Shown here: positions 21,138-30,977 of the stretch, piece after piece
Numbering within the stretch: the first letter of the stretch is position 1
Layout of the letters: the number at the start of each line of letters is the position of its first letter
NCBI GenBank assembly: GCA_051013385.1
Contig: CP143273.1
Coordinates: 1,920,001-1,984,000, forward strand
Length of the DNA: 64,000 nucleotides
Source of the DNA: Phormidium sp.
GTDB taxonomy: Bacteria; Cyanobacteriota; Cyanobacteriia; Cyanobacteriales; Aerosakkonemataceae
Reading direction: 5' to 3'
The notes under the pieces: model-generated
Databases searched by the model: none
What the model was told of the DNA's origin: nothing
The model's input: the letters and a program-made list of their open reading frames with translations, nothing else
Translations under genes and position numbers: made by a program

Positions 21138-21431
21138 ATGCACATCGATTACACAGTTCAAATCTGGAAAGAAGACTCGCAATTTATTGCTGATGCAATG
21201 CCCCTAGATGTGATGAGTTCTGGACTAACACCTGAAGCAGCTAGAATTGCTTTAGATGAAGCAGTTCACCTTTTTTTAGTCACTGCTGCCGACATAGGAA
21301 CATTAGATGAAATTCTCCAAGAAACAGGCTATAAATTCCAAGCTGGAAAGTGGATAAGTCCACAATGGGTGGCAATTGAAATTATTAGCCGAAACATAGC
21401 AATTTTAACTGAAGTCGTATTCAGTATATAA
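21138..21431 (+). CDS. HicB-like antitoxin with no adjacent hicA
   Basis: IWKE..FIA..PLDVMSSG.TPEAA...L.EAV pattern. Confidence 0.6.
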   Translation: MHIDYTVQIWKEDSQFIADAMPLDVMSSGLTPEAARIALDEAVHLFLVTAADIGTLDEILQETGYKFQAGKWISPQWVAIEIISRNIAILTEVVFSI

Positions 21432-21468
21432 TTGCTATTGGTTTCAAATTACTTCTTCTGCAAACCTC

Positions 21469-23736
21469 TCACTTTTTCGCCCAATCTTTCGGGGGATTTG
21501 GCGGGCACCAAAACAAATTTTTACTAGTTATTCCCAAAGATTCCAAGATTTCTCGCATGACATCTGTACAATACTTCCAATATCCCAAATCGTCATACAT
21601 TTTATCGGGATTGAACTCCAAATTATAATGCAACACATGAGGAAGTTGTGCAAATTCATCGGAAGATTGCGGAGAAATTAACAAAACTCGGAAAGGTTTT
21701 CCCTGACATTTTGCTTTCAATTTATGCAGCAAATTTATCACATAACCGCGATCGGTAATACCTGTGCGAATAAACAATGCTTCGTCACATTTTTTTAGCG
21801 TATACCAAAAGCGTTCCGATCGCGCCGAATAACGCAGGCGCATTCTTTCATAAACTGGAGACATATCATTTAATGGATCGTCTGTTTCTTCGACTTCATG
21901 GGCGAAAGATAAACCCGACCATTTGCCGTGATATATTCTCCTTTCGTCATGATTGTAATGTAAAAAGTAAGGATTCCACATATCAGAGAATCCATTTTCA
22001 ATCATGTCTGCTACATCACCAAGATTGGTACTTCTTGTTAAATCAAAGGGAAAAGCTGGCCCATCATATTCCATTTTGTATAACAACATTCTGGCGGCAC
22101 AGCGATCGCCTAATGGCAGAATCGCTACTCGGCTAATATCTGTTAATTTACACTTGTATTGAAAAATTACCGATGATTTACCTGGCACTTTAACTCGGCT
22201 TTCCAATCCATCTTTGCCAATCATCATTGTCCGAAAAGGTAAATCTGGTTCAATTAAATCTTCATAAACACCTTCTGGCATTTCTTTGAGGGCTTTGCGT
22301 ACTTCCTTCCACATTGGATGGATGTTATATTCGTCGTCTGATTCGTTGATTACCCGGAGAGTAGTTTCGCTTTCTTTGAATATTCCTAAAAGTTCGTCGT
22401 AGTGTAAAACTTGGGCGGATTTTGTGGTAAATAAATTGAAAGCGGCGCTATATTCAATGTCAGCACTAGGGGGAATATTTACGCTGGTTTCGATCGCACC
22501 ATCCTCGCGCACCCAAAAATAGGGAACTGTACCTTTTTCTACCTTTTTGCTAATATAAATCCCTGGAATCAATCCGGCTTTACTTTGAATATGTGCTTGC
22601 AGTTCTTCCCAATAGGTTGCGATCGTGTAAGTATTTTTGGAAGTATTAATAACTCGCAAACTCTTCTCTTCTTGACAAGCGAAAACATGGAAACCCCAAT
22701 TATCACGATAAATTGGTAGTTCCTGCTTTTGAGTAGAGAGTTGTTTGGCTTGAATTAATTTGTTTTTGTCGATGTCGAAGATGCGGAGATCGATCGCCTC
22801 AAACATCAACCGATGCCCTAAACTATTAGGATGTGCTGGATCGGAAGAAATCCCAGCTTTCCAACGCCCCGCCCCATCATCCAGTACATCCAGCCAATCT
22901 AGCACCGGAACGCCCCAATTTAGCATTCGATTGTGCGTATCGCGCAACAGCCAATTATGTTCTGCATAGTAATCCCCATTCGGGTATAATCCAGCTAAAA
23001 TGGGCATTGCTCCCAATTCTTTGGTCATTTTGACGAGTTGCTGCAATCCCCTTTCAAAACGGCGTTGTACCACCCGTCTTTGGTGAGGTGGACAATGCGC
23101 TAACCCCTCGTTACCGAGAGAAAGGGCAATAATCACAATATCCGGTTGTTCTGGTGCGACTACCAAGGGAAATCTGTCAATTGTAGTGCTAACATTAGCC
23201 CCCACTTCTGATACATTCACCAGTATGTGACCGTATTTTTCCGGCAATGCTTGGGACAAATGCCAAGCCCAACCGCGCAACAACCAGGAATTGCAACCTA
23301 AAGCTACAGAACTGCCAATAACCGCGATTTTTAAACCTTCATTTCTTTTAATGACTGGTTTTTGGGCAATAGGTTGCTGAAAATATCCGTAGGGAAAAGG
23401 TTGCACCCAACCAAACCAACCATCTTCTACGATAATTGGGGATGGTGGTAGGTCAGATTCTAATGGTATCCAACGATTATTTCCCCAAGCTTCCCATTGC
23501 ACACTACCATCTGCACTAATTCGCACATACTTATATTTAATGTTTTGCTCATTGGGTGACTCTAAGGACGAAGGAACGTTTATTTCAATTTCCGTCCACC
23601 ACAAAGGGTAACTTTCGCCGCTGGTATGTAGAGGTACGCACTTATTTATGTCCCACATTCCTAACTCAGGAGTTGAACCGACAAGTGCAATAAATTCTCC
23701 CCTTTGCGTGTGCGCCCTTACTTGGAACCGATACAT
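21469..23736 (-). CDS. CBM20 + SGNH/GDSL hydrolase + DUF1796-like multidomain protein
   Basis: LVGSTPELGMW...YPLWW...YKY (CBM20); GSSVALG...GNE...DPAHPN (SGNH); LPLGDRC...FPFD (DUF1796-like). Confidence 0.75.
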   Translation of the reverse strand: MYRFQVRAHTQRGEFIALVGSTPELGMWDINKCVPLHTSGESYPLWWTEIEINVPSSLESPNEQNIKYKYVRISADGSVQWEAWGNNRWIPLESDLPPSPIIVEDGWFGWVQPFPYGYFQQPIAQKPVIKRNEGLKIAVIGSSVALGCNSWLLRGWAWHLSQALPEKYGHILVNVSEVGANVSTTIDRFPLVVAPEQPDIVIIALSLGNEGLAHCPPHQRRVVQRRFERGLQQLVKMTKELGAMPILAGLYPNGDYYAEHNWLLRDTHNRMLNWGVPVLDWLDVLDDGAGRWKAGISSDPAHPNSLGHRLMFEAIDLRIFDIDKNKLIQAKQLSTQKQELPIYRDNWGFHVFACQEEKSLRVINTSKNTYTIATYWEELQAHIQSKAGLIPGIYISKKVEKGTVPYFWVREDGAIETSVNIPPSADIEYSAAFNLFTTKSAQVLHYDELLGIFKESETTLRVINESDDEYNIHPMWKEVRKALKEMPEGVYEDLIEPDLPFRTMMIGKDGLESRVKVPGKSSVIFQYKCKLTDISRVAILPLGDRCAARMLLYKMEYDGPAFPFDLTRSTNLGDVADMIENGFSDMWNPYFLHYNHDERRIYHGKWSGLSFAHEVEETDDPLNDMSPVYERMRLRYSARSERFWYTLKKCDEALFIRTGITDRGYVINLLHKLKAKCQGKPFRVLLISPQSSDEFAQLPHVLHYNLEFNPDKMYDDLGYWKYCTDVMREILESLGITSKNLFWCPPNPPKDWAKK

Positions 23737-23900
23737 ATATTTCTCTTCTAATGCTTAAAAATACTATGCCAGACAATGTTAAATAATCAAAACGAAAATG
23801 CAAACTGCATATCTATATAAAAGATTCAGAGTTTACAAAGTTGTTTTGAGAGTATCACAACTATTCATCAATGTCTGTCTTGCAGCACACCAAAGCAATT

Positions 23901-23934
23901 AGATCCCCGACAACTTCTGCGAAGTCGGGGATCT
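23901..23934. repeat. AGATCCCCGAC palindrome, probable terminator or repeat
   Basis: AGATCCCCGAC...GTCGGGGATCT; a second copy is at about 30936-30968. Confidence 0.65.
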
Positions 23935-23935
23935 T

Positions 23936-24430
23936 TTACCATCCCCATGTACCAGGGCCACCTTTAAAAGGCCCAACAATATCAGCTGTAATCCATCCGC
24001 CATAAAAATCGCCTGGTTGGGGTGTGACTAACTCATCATTGACGTAGCAAGCATCCATTAAACTGGCATTAAATCCATAGTATCCTTGAATTGATTCAAA
24101 ACCAGGGGTGGACTGAAAGTATGTCCAAGCAGCTTGATTTATGTACTTATCACCAATGCTGACATCATAATATTGCCAATACCCTTTCCATTCACACAAA
24201 CCTTTTTTAGGTGTGGCAATTAAATGTTCTAGTTTAATATCTTCAGGAGGGAAGTAGTAGGCAGGAGGATGACTTGTTTCTAGGACTCTTTTGCCGTTGT
24301 TAGTTTCGGCTAAAACAATGCCATTACAAATTACCTTGAGGTGTTTATTGGTATCTTCTAAGCGTGCTGGACGCGGGTAATCCCAAACTGATTCTTGACC
24401 GGGTTTCGGTGGTATTGGATTTGGTCTCAT
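23936..24430 (-). CDS. DUF427 domain protein
   Basis: ESVWDYPRP, VLETSHPP, CEWKG and FYGGWIT motifs. Confidence 0.85.
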   Translation of the reverse strand: MRPNPIPPKPGQESVWDYPRPARLEDTNKHLKVICNGIVLAETNNGKRVLETSHPPAYYFPPEDIKLEHLIATPKKGLCEWKGYWQYYDVSIGDKYINQAAWTYFQSTPGFESIQGYYGFNASLMDACYVNDELVTPQPGDFYGGWITADIVGPFKGGPGTWGW

Positions 24431-24558
24431 GGTGATTGTTTTCCTGATTTAATGAGTTTAGGTTATTTGGCGATCGCACACCGTTACCGATGCAATTACC
24501 ACTTAGTTTTAAAATGGATAACAATGGTTAATTATAAACCAATTCGTCAGGAGCCAAA

Positions 24559-26088
24559 ATGTTTTTTACTCAATACGCCCCAGAAATTCTCCTCCGCATG
24601 GGGCAACATTTAATTTTAGTAGCGATCGCCATGACAATAGCAACTGCGATCGGCATTCCTTTAGGCATCCTGATCGCACGCCAACCAAAAATTGCCCAAC
24701 CCATTCTCGGTGTTGCCAACGCCATTCAAACCATCCCCAGTTTAGCAATTTTTGGCTTCCTAATTTCTGTACCATTTCTCGGAGGAATTGGCACAACTCC
24801 CGCGATTGTTGCTTTAACTTTGTACGCTTTACTCCCGCTAATTCGCAATACTTATATTGGCATTAATAATGTCGATCCCGCAATTCGAGAAGCCGGAAGA
24901 GGGATGGGAATGACAGATAATGAATTGCTGTTTCAAGTAGAAATTCCTCTAGCTTTAGGTGTAATTTTAGCAGGAGTCAGGGTAGCTACAGTTATTTCTG
25001 TGGGAGTTGCGACTATTGCAGCTGCGATCGGTGCTGGCGGATTGGGAGTATTTATTTTTCGCGGGATTGCTTCAGTTAACAATCAGTTAATTTTAGCAGG
25101 AGCCGTACCCGCTGCTGTTATCGCTTTAGGGGCAGATTTTTTCTTAGGTTGGGTAGAAAAGCAACTCACAGAAAACAGACAAATAAAAGAAAAGTTTAAT
25201 CGCAAAATTGCTGTTGCTTTTGGCATATTAATCTTAATGATACTGGGATTATTTGTGTTTGTCAACCGACCAACCGCGCCGACAATTGCGATCGGTGGAA
25301 AAAATTTCACTGAACAGTTTATTTTGGGGGAAATTATCGCTCAACAAATTGAATCCCGCACTAAACTAAAGGTCGATCGACGCTTCAATTTAGGAGGAAC
25401 TTTCATCGTTCATGAAGCTGTAAAAGCAGGGAAAATTGCCGGATATGTGGAATACACAGGAACAGCATTGACAGCTATCTTAAAACAAGAGCCAATCAAA
25501 GACCCGGAAATTGTCTATCAAAAAGTCAAGCAAGAGTACGACAAAAAATTCAACTTAGAAGTCTTGCAGTCTTTAGGATTTAACAGTACCTACGCGATGA
25601 TTATTCGCGGAGAAGATGCTAGACGTTTAAACATCAAAACTCTTTCCGAAGCTGCCAAATATACTCCCCAATGGCAAGCAGGATTTTGGTATGAATTTCT
25701 GGAGAGAAAAGACGGTTATGAAGGGTTAGTTAAGACTTATGGCTTCAAATTTACCAAACCTCCGAAACAAATGGAGTTAGGATTAATGTATCAAGCTTTA
25801 AAAGAAAAGCAAGTAGATTTTGTGGCAGCAAATGCTACAGATGGCTTGATTCCTGTGCTGGATTTAGTGATTTTGGAAGATGACAAAAAGTATTTCCCTC
25901 CTTATGAAGCTATCCCAGTTTTCAATCAAGCAACGCTGCAAAAATATCCAGAATTGCGAGAAGTAATCAATGAATTAGCCGGGTTAATTTCAACTAAAGA
26001 AATGCAAAAGATGAATTATCAAGTAGATAATCAATCTCGTCCGGTTGAAGAAGTTGCCCGGGAGTGGCTGAAATCTAAAAACCTTTAA
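24559..26088 (+). CDS. Fused permease / substrate-binding subunit of a quaternary-amine (betaine/ergothioneine type) ABC transporter
   Basis: QTIPSLA, EAGRGMGMT, KNFTEQ, EYTGT and LEDDKKYFPPY motifs. Confidence 0.9.
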   Translation: MFFTQYAPEILLRMGQHLILVAIAMTIATAIGIPLGILIARQPKIAQPILGVANAIQTIPSLAIFGFLISVPFLGGIGTTPAIVALTLYALLPLIRNTYIGINNVDPAIREAGRGMGMTDNELLFQVEIPLALGVILAGVRVATVISVGVATIAAAIGAGGLGVFIFRGIASVNNQLILAGAVPAAVIALGADFFLGWVEKQLTENRQIKEKFNRKIAVAFGILILMILGLFVFVNRPTAPTIAIGGKNFTEQFILGEIIAQQIESRTKLKVDRRFNLGGTFIVHEAVKAGKIAGYVEYTGTALTAILKQEPIKDPEIVYQKVKQEYDKKFNLEVLQSLGFNSTYAMIIRGEDARRLNIKTLSEAAKYTPQWQAGFWYEFLERKDGYEGLVKTYGFKFTKPPKQMELGLMYQALKEKQVDFVAANATDGLIPVLDLVILEDDKKYFPPYEAIPVFNQATLQKYPELREVINELAGLISTKEMQKMNYQVDNQSRPVEEVAREWLKSKNL

Positions 26089-26100
26089 TTTTAGCTTAAT

Positions 26101-27783
26101 CTAAAATGTAAACGAAGTTCGGAGCAACCCAATCCAAATCGGAGGATTTGCAGAATTATGCTCTGGACTTGTAACTACCAAAAATCCAGGAGTGATAAAA
26201 ATTCTATCAGTTATTGGGTAGCGATAAGATAACTCAAAATGCAAAGAAGTATCCGGATCTTCTCGCGCAGAAACATCATTATTTATTACTTTAGGAGGCA
26301 TACCACAAATAAAACTTAATTGCGAACCTGCTTTACCTAAATCTGCTAAAAATGCAGTCAGCGCCCAACTCCAAATATCTGCTTGAGAACCGCGAAAACC
26401 ATTTAAACCGCTAACACTGGGAGAAGCTTCTGCTTTAGCATTAAAGTAGCTAACCCAACCACCTAATATCAGTTTAGTACTGAGTTTGTAAGTAAATTGT
26501 AAACCAAAAGCATTGGAGGAAGTTGCTGTACTTGTACCAAAAGGATATTGAGCGAATACACTACCTTTACTTCCAGTTACGTTATTAGTTATCCCAGGTT
26601 CAGGGGCATAATAATGACCATAAGTAAAAGCAAATCCAAATTGCTTAGTTGGAGTGTAACTTATTTGACTCAAGAGAGTATATTGACCCTTAAATATCCC
26701 TTCACTCACATTGCTAAGGGAATCAGTTAAATAACTAATACCGCCAGCTAATTTGTCAGTGAAATTGTAGTAAATTACTCCACCACCACCAAAAGCAAAA
26801 GAGTAAATCGGACTTTCTGCACCAAAATTTGATATAGAATTAACTGGATTAAAAGCTGGAAAAATCCTCGTAGGAAAGTCGGCAATAGGAGCGATCGCTA
26901 TAATCCCGCGTTTTCCTAAAGGGAATTCATAAAACAAAGTCCCTAATCTGACATTATTGCCAGTGTTTATAGTTAGCAACCGAGTCATTTCTGTGCCAGT
27001 GACACCACTGCCAAAACTGTTAACATTCCCGGCTACTAGTTGGGTTCGCAATCTATCTTTTCCTGTAAAACTGGTATCAAAGTTAAGTACTACTGCTCCT
27101 GATAACGTGGGATTATTATCCAACTTTTCTCTAGATTGACTCCCTGGAGAAATTGCTTTTTTGTCACCAAAAGCACCAATTAAATTAAAATTTACTGCAC
27201 CCCGTAAAACTGTAGTCGGACTAAATTGATGCCTTTCGATAAAAGTTACTCGTTGTTCTATGTTGTCTACTTTGGCAGTAATATTCTTCAGTTCTGTAGC
27301 GAATTCTGCTTGCAATCTTTCGATAACTAGCAAGTCTTCTTTTTGGGGAAATTGATTGTTAAAACTTTCAATTAAACGTCTAACACTGGTTAAGCAATCA
27401 TTTAATCCTGCGGCAAATTCGTAGCGAGTCATCGCTCGATTACCATTGAAATTTCCGCCAGGAGAACCACTAAGACAACGATATTTTTCGACTAAACTTT
27501 GTAATGCTTGATAAGCCCAATGATCGGGAGTTACATCTGACAACTGATGCACATTAGTAATCGTTTCATCCAAATCATCCAAAACGGGAGGAGGACCACT
27601 GTATAGTCTTTCGATTTGTTCAATTGTAGTTTCTTCTGGTTCAGATTCGGGATTATAAGTTACTGATGGTAATTCCTCTGAATTACTTATAAGATTTGTG
27701 TGCCCTAGAACTGGAGATAAAATTAGTAAATTACCACCCAGGATTACTGAGGTAAGAGATAATGAGAGTTTTAAGTTTTTCAT
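26101..27783 (-). CDS. Cyanobacterial SLH-domain porin (OprB / iron-uptake porin family)
   Basis: LSDV-x-P-x-HWAYQALQSL...TRYEFAAGL, TSFTGKDRL and terminal RTSFTF. Confidence 0.9.
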   Translation of the reverse strand: MKNLKLSLSLTSVILGGNLLILSPVLGHTNLISNSEELPSVTYNPESEPEETTIEQIERLYSGPPPVLDDLDETITNVHQLSDVTPDHWAYQALQSLVEKYRCLSGSPGGNFNGNRAMTRYEFAAGLNDCLTSVRRLIESFNNQFPQKEDLLVIERLQAEFATELKNITAKVDNIEQRVTFIERHQFSPTTVLRGAVNFNLIGAFGDKKAISPGSQSREKLDNNPTLSGAVVLNFDTSFTGKDRLRTQLVAGNVNSFGSGVTGTEMTRLLTINTGNNVRLGTLFYEFPLGKRGIIAIAPIADFPTRIFPAFNPVNSISNFGAESPIYSFAFGGGGVIYYNFTDKLAGGISYLTDSLSNVSEGIFKGQYTLLSQISYTPTKQFGFAFTYGHYYAPEPGITNNVTGSKGSVFAQYPFGTSTATSSNAFGLQFTYKLSTKLILGGWVSYFNAKAEASPSVSGLNGFRGSQADIWSWALTAFLADLGKAGSQLSFICGMPPKVINNDVSAREDPDTSLHFELSYRYPITDRIFITPGFLVVTSPEHNSANPPIWIGLLRTSFTF

Positions 27784-27861
27784 GATTGTTTTGACAGATA
27801 CATCCTCACACCTAAAAACCGCTGTGAATCTTCGCGGTAAACATTGTCAAAAACTAGAAGT

Positions 27862-28878
27862 TTAATAAGGTCGAATTGACATTTGAGTTTTTACAGCTTC
27901 GATCGCCCTTTGCGCCACATCTTCAGGAATTCTGGTATACTCTAACTGCTCATTAAACTCTTGACCTTTAGTTAAAATCCAAGTCAACAAATTTTGCGTT
28001 GCCTTCATCGTATCTGGGTTAAGATACTTTTTAGACACCAACAGCCAAGTTAAACTCACCAAAGGATAACCCTCTTCTGGATCTTGGATATCTTCAGTAG
28101 TGAAATCCTCATTAAATTTGACATTTGCTAAAGCTTTCTTGGTTTCTGCTAAAGTTGGTTGAACATAACGACCTTTCTGGTTTTCAATACTAGCAACAGA
28201 CAGATTATTGGCGGTAGCAAAGCTACTTTGAACATAACCGATCGCACCATCAATTCGGCGCACTTCTCCCGCTATTCCACTATCTTCAGGAAAAGCAGAA
28301 TATACCTGAAATCCCCAATTCGGATTTCTACTAGCTGGGATTTTTCCCTTAGTAATTTTGTTAAGATATTTACTCAGAATAAAGCTAGTAGCACAGTTGC
28401 CAGAACAAACTACCACTTGAATTCTTTGATTAGGAAAGCTAGAATCAATCTGTTGCCAATTATTAATTTGACCTGTGAAGATTTTCGCCAGTTGTTCGCG
28501 GGATAATTTAACTTGTTTGGTTACATTTTGCAGGTTATAAACAATAGCTAATGCACCTCCACCTGTAGGCACCATTAACAAACCATCTTCCATTTGATTT
28601 TGCTCAATTGGAGTGGGAATTAAACTACTTCCGCCAAAGTCGATCGACTTTCTCGCAAATAACCGAATCCCACCACCACTGCCAATAGTTGTGTATTTAA
28701 ACCTTTCTCCGGTTTGCTGTTCGTACTCTTTGCTATAACGTTGATAAAGAGGTTCAGCAAAAGAATCACCACCGCCTCTAAGTTGCGCCCAAACAGCATT
28801 ACTCGTCAAAGAAATTGTGGTTATTGTTAATGTGGCAGTTAACTTTTTTTGCCAGTTATTGATTGTCAAGTTTTTCAT
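27862..28878 (-). CDS. PstS-fold periplasmic binding protein with divergent ligand residues
   Basis: Signal peptide; IGSGGG, IFTGQI-xx-W, GAIGYV and YPLVSLTW motifs. Confidence 0.8.
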   Translation of the reverse strand: MKNLTINNWQKKLTATLTITTISLTSNAVWAQLRGGGDSFAEPLYQRYSKEYEQQTGERFKYTTIGSGGGIRLFARKSIDFGGSSLIPTPIEQNQMEDGLLMVPTGGGALAIVYNLQNVTKQVKLSREQLAKIFTGQINNWQQIDSSFPNQRIQVVVCSGNCATSFILSKYLNKITKGKIPASRNPNWGFQVYSAFPEDSGIAGEVRRIDGAIGYVQSSFATANNLSVASIENQKGRYVQPTLAETKKALANVKFNEDFTTEDIQDPEEGYPLVSLTWLLVSKKYLNPDTMKATQNLLTWILTKGQEFNEQLEYTRIPEDVAQRAIEAVKTQMSIRPY

Positions 28879-28920
28879 AATTTATTGACCCTGAAGTGCA
28901 TATTTCTGGTTTTTGATTTG

Positions 28921-29460
28921 TTAACGTATTCTGCGATTAATGATGACTTTACTAGCATCAGGAGTAACTTCTAACCAAAAATCCGGGATGACAAATTGAT
29001 AGTACAATTCTCCCAGTCGCACGCTCCGCCAAGTACTAGCAATCGGAGCATTTGGTACCCATACTTTCAGAGCTTTGTTAACAGTTTCAGGAACGGCGCT
29101 AGGATCTATTTGTTCGTCAATTTGAAGAATATTGCCATTGGCAGTAACTTGGACTTCAACTTCAAAACCTTGTTGGTTTTTCCCTCTAATTTTGTAGAAC
29201 AGGGAACCATCTGATTTTAGTTCAGTTCGGGCTAAGTTAAAAGTAGCACCTGAAACTGTTTTTGCGGAAGCCATCGCCGGAAGAGGTACTTCTTCTAAGG
29301 GGATTTGTCGTTCTATTCCTGCTAAATTTTGGGCAATTATGAGATTTTCTCTCTCAATTTTTGATTGAGCTTGAACATTGCAGGGATAGATAGAAGCGGC
29401 AGAAATTGCTATACCTGTAACGATCAATATGCTTTGCCAAGTCTTTGTGTGGAACATCAT
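28921..29460 (-). CDS. Secreted protein with PepSY-like repeats
   Basis: Signal peptide and two VP-xx-(A/V)...Y...EV repeats. Confidence 0.55.
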   Translation of the reverse strand: MMFHTKTWQSILIVTGIAISAASIYPCNVQAQSKIERENLIIAQNLAGIERQIPLEEVPLPAMASAKTVSGATFNLARTELKSDGSLFYKIRGKNQQGFEVEVQVTANGNILQIDEQIDPSAVPETVNKALKVWVPNAPIASTWRSVRLGELYYQFVIPDFWLEVTPDASKVIINRRIR

Positions 29461-29513
29461 AATTTTTTTAGTTGGTTGGTGTTTTTTGGGCAGTGCGATC
29501 GAGCAATTCTTTT

Positions 29514-30869
29514 CTAGAACTGATCTTTTAGTTGAGCAAATAGAGCATCAGGAATTGCGTGTTCCTTTAAGTAAACAAAATTGTACTTTTGTTCTATATT
29601 TTGCCAATCTATAGAACTATCTGAGAGAATTTCTTGCCTAAACATTTCCAATGCTTTACCAGATAATCCTTTTTCCAAACATCTTTTCATAAATAAACGG
29701 CTTTCGTCAATTTCGCCAATACATTCAAAGGGTGTATGAACTGATAAACCTAGCATTTCTCGAAATGTAGGCAGTAAATCTTCATCATCAAACAAGTTTG
29801 TTTGAAATACTGCATCTACTTGATCTGGTTGACAAAAAGCCATTAACCCTAACCAAACATAAGCACATTTTGGGCATCTTTTACACCAAGGTTTTTGGAT
29901 GTTACAGGAATGAATTTGATGAATGACTTCGGGATATTTGCTTAAGTTTTGAAAGATGCGGAAGTCGTAAATGGGTTGTAAGATGCTGAAAAATTTAAAA
30001 TTAGATAACAAATTTTCTCGAACAAATCGATCTAAAATCTGTTCGGCTTCCAGACTCTTACCCCATTGATGGTTAACTTCTTTGCCGATTTCTGACCAAA
30101 ATAAATTACCTGTGTTAGCACTTTTTTCATGAGCCAAACATAAATAATTATACCCTCCGGCTAACATCAAAAATAAGGATTTAAAAATAGAAACTGGAGT
30201 TTCTGGGGCGGTGATTCCTGAATTTTCTGGAAAATATAACTGGAGAAATGGAAAGTCTATAAAATCATCGAAAATTGAGATTTTATGCTTTTTAATTGGC
30301 TGGACATTTTCGAGTACTTGAGCAATTAATTTGTGTTGCCATTCGGCTTTGCCATAAACACTATGAGAATATTGCATAGAAGCAAAAGGAATATCTGCTT
30401 CTTGCAACATTTTCATGGCTAAAATACTGTCTTTACCACCCCCACAACCTGTGAGAATCGTCTGATTATCTCCAAAAATTTGCTCTGGATTGCTTTCTCC
30501 TAAATCTGCGGAATAGATAATTTCTGGCTGTTGGTAATCTGTAACATTGTTTTCATACCAATGTTGCCCAAATACTCCTTGGTAAATTTTGACAAATAAA
30601 TCTAAAACTGGTTTTTCCAGATGTGAAGCAATGTTTGAAATATCATAATATTTGGGGAATAAGGAACATAGTTTCATGCCTTCAAATAAGGCAATATGGG
30701 CAGCAATGCGATCGATTAATTGTTGAGAATACTTTTCTTTCAGTGCTGAAAATGAGAGATCGTGATAAAAAACTTTCGTGGCAAATTTGAATTTATCTGC
30801 ACCATAGATGATCTCTAGATGATGTTCGTGAATTGCCAAATTCTCTATTTTAATTACTTCAATTTTCAT
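29514..30869 (-). CDS. MurL-like ATP-dependent (PP-loop) enzyme
   Basis: GGGKDS, NHQWGKS, SCN...WCKRCPKC and PFECIG motifs, as in the MurL epimerase family. Confidence 0.65.
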   Translation of the reverse strand: MKIEVIKIENLAIHEHHLEIIYGADKFKFATKVFYHDLSFSALKEKYSQQLIDRIAAHIALFEGMKLCSLFPKYYDISNIASHLEKPVLDLFVKIYQGVFGQHWYENNVTDYQQPEIIYSADLGESNPEQIFGDNQTILTGCGGGKDSILAMKMLQEADIPFASMQYSHSVYGKAEWQHKLIAQVLENVQPIKKHKISIFDDFIDFPFLQLYFPENSGITAPETPVSIFKSLFLMLAGGYNYLCLAHEKSANTGNLFWSEIGKEVNHQWGKSLEAEQILDRFVRENLLSNFKFFSILQPIYDFRIFQNLSKYPEVIHQIHSCNIQKPWCKRCPKCAYVWLGLMAFCQPDQVDAVFQTNLFDDEDLLPTFREMLGLSVHTPFECIGEIDESRLFMKRCLEKGLSGKALEMFRQEILSDSSIDWQNIEQKYNFVYLKEHAIPDALFAQLKDQF

Positions 30870-30977
30870 TCTTGATTCCGTGAGTAACCATTGTTTGTTA
30901 TTTTCCGGGTTAATGGCTCAGAGATTTATTCTTTTAGATCCCCGACTTCTTTAAGAAGTCGGGGATCTAAGACATAA

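Noticed and set aside
27862..28878. Calling this gene pstS
   Set aside because: Key phosphate-binding residues are substituted and pstCAB genes are absent.
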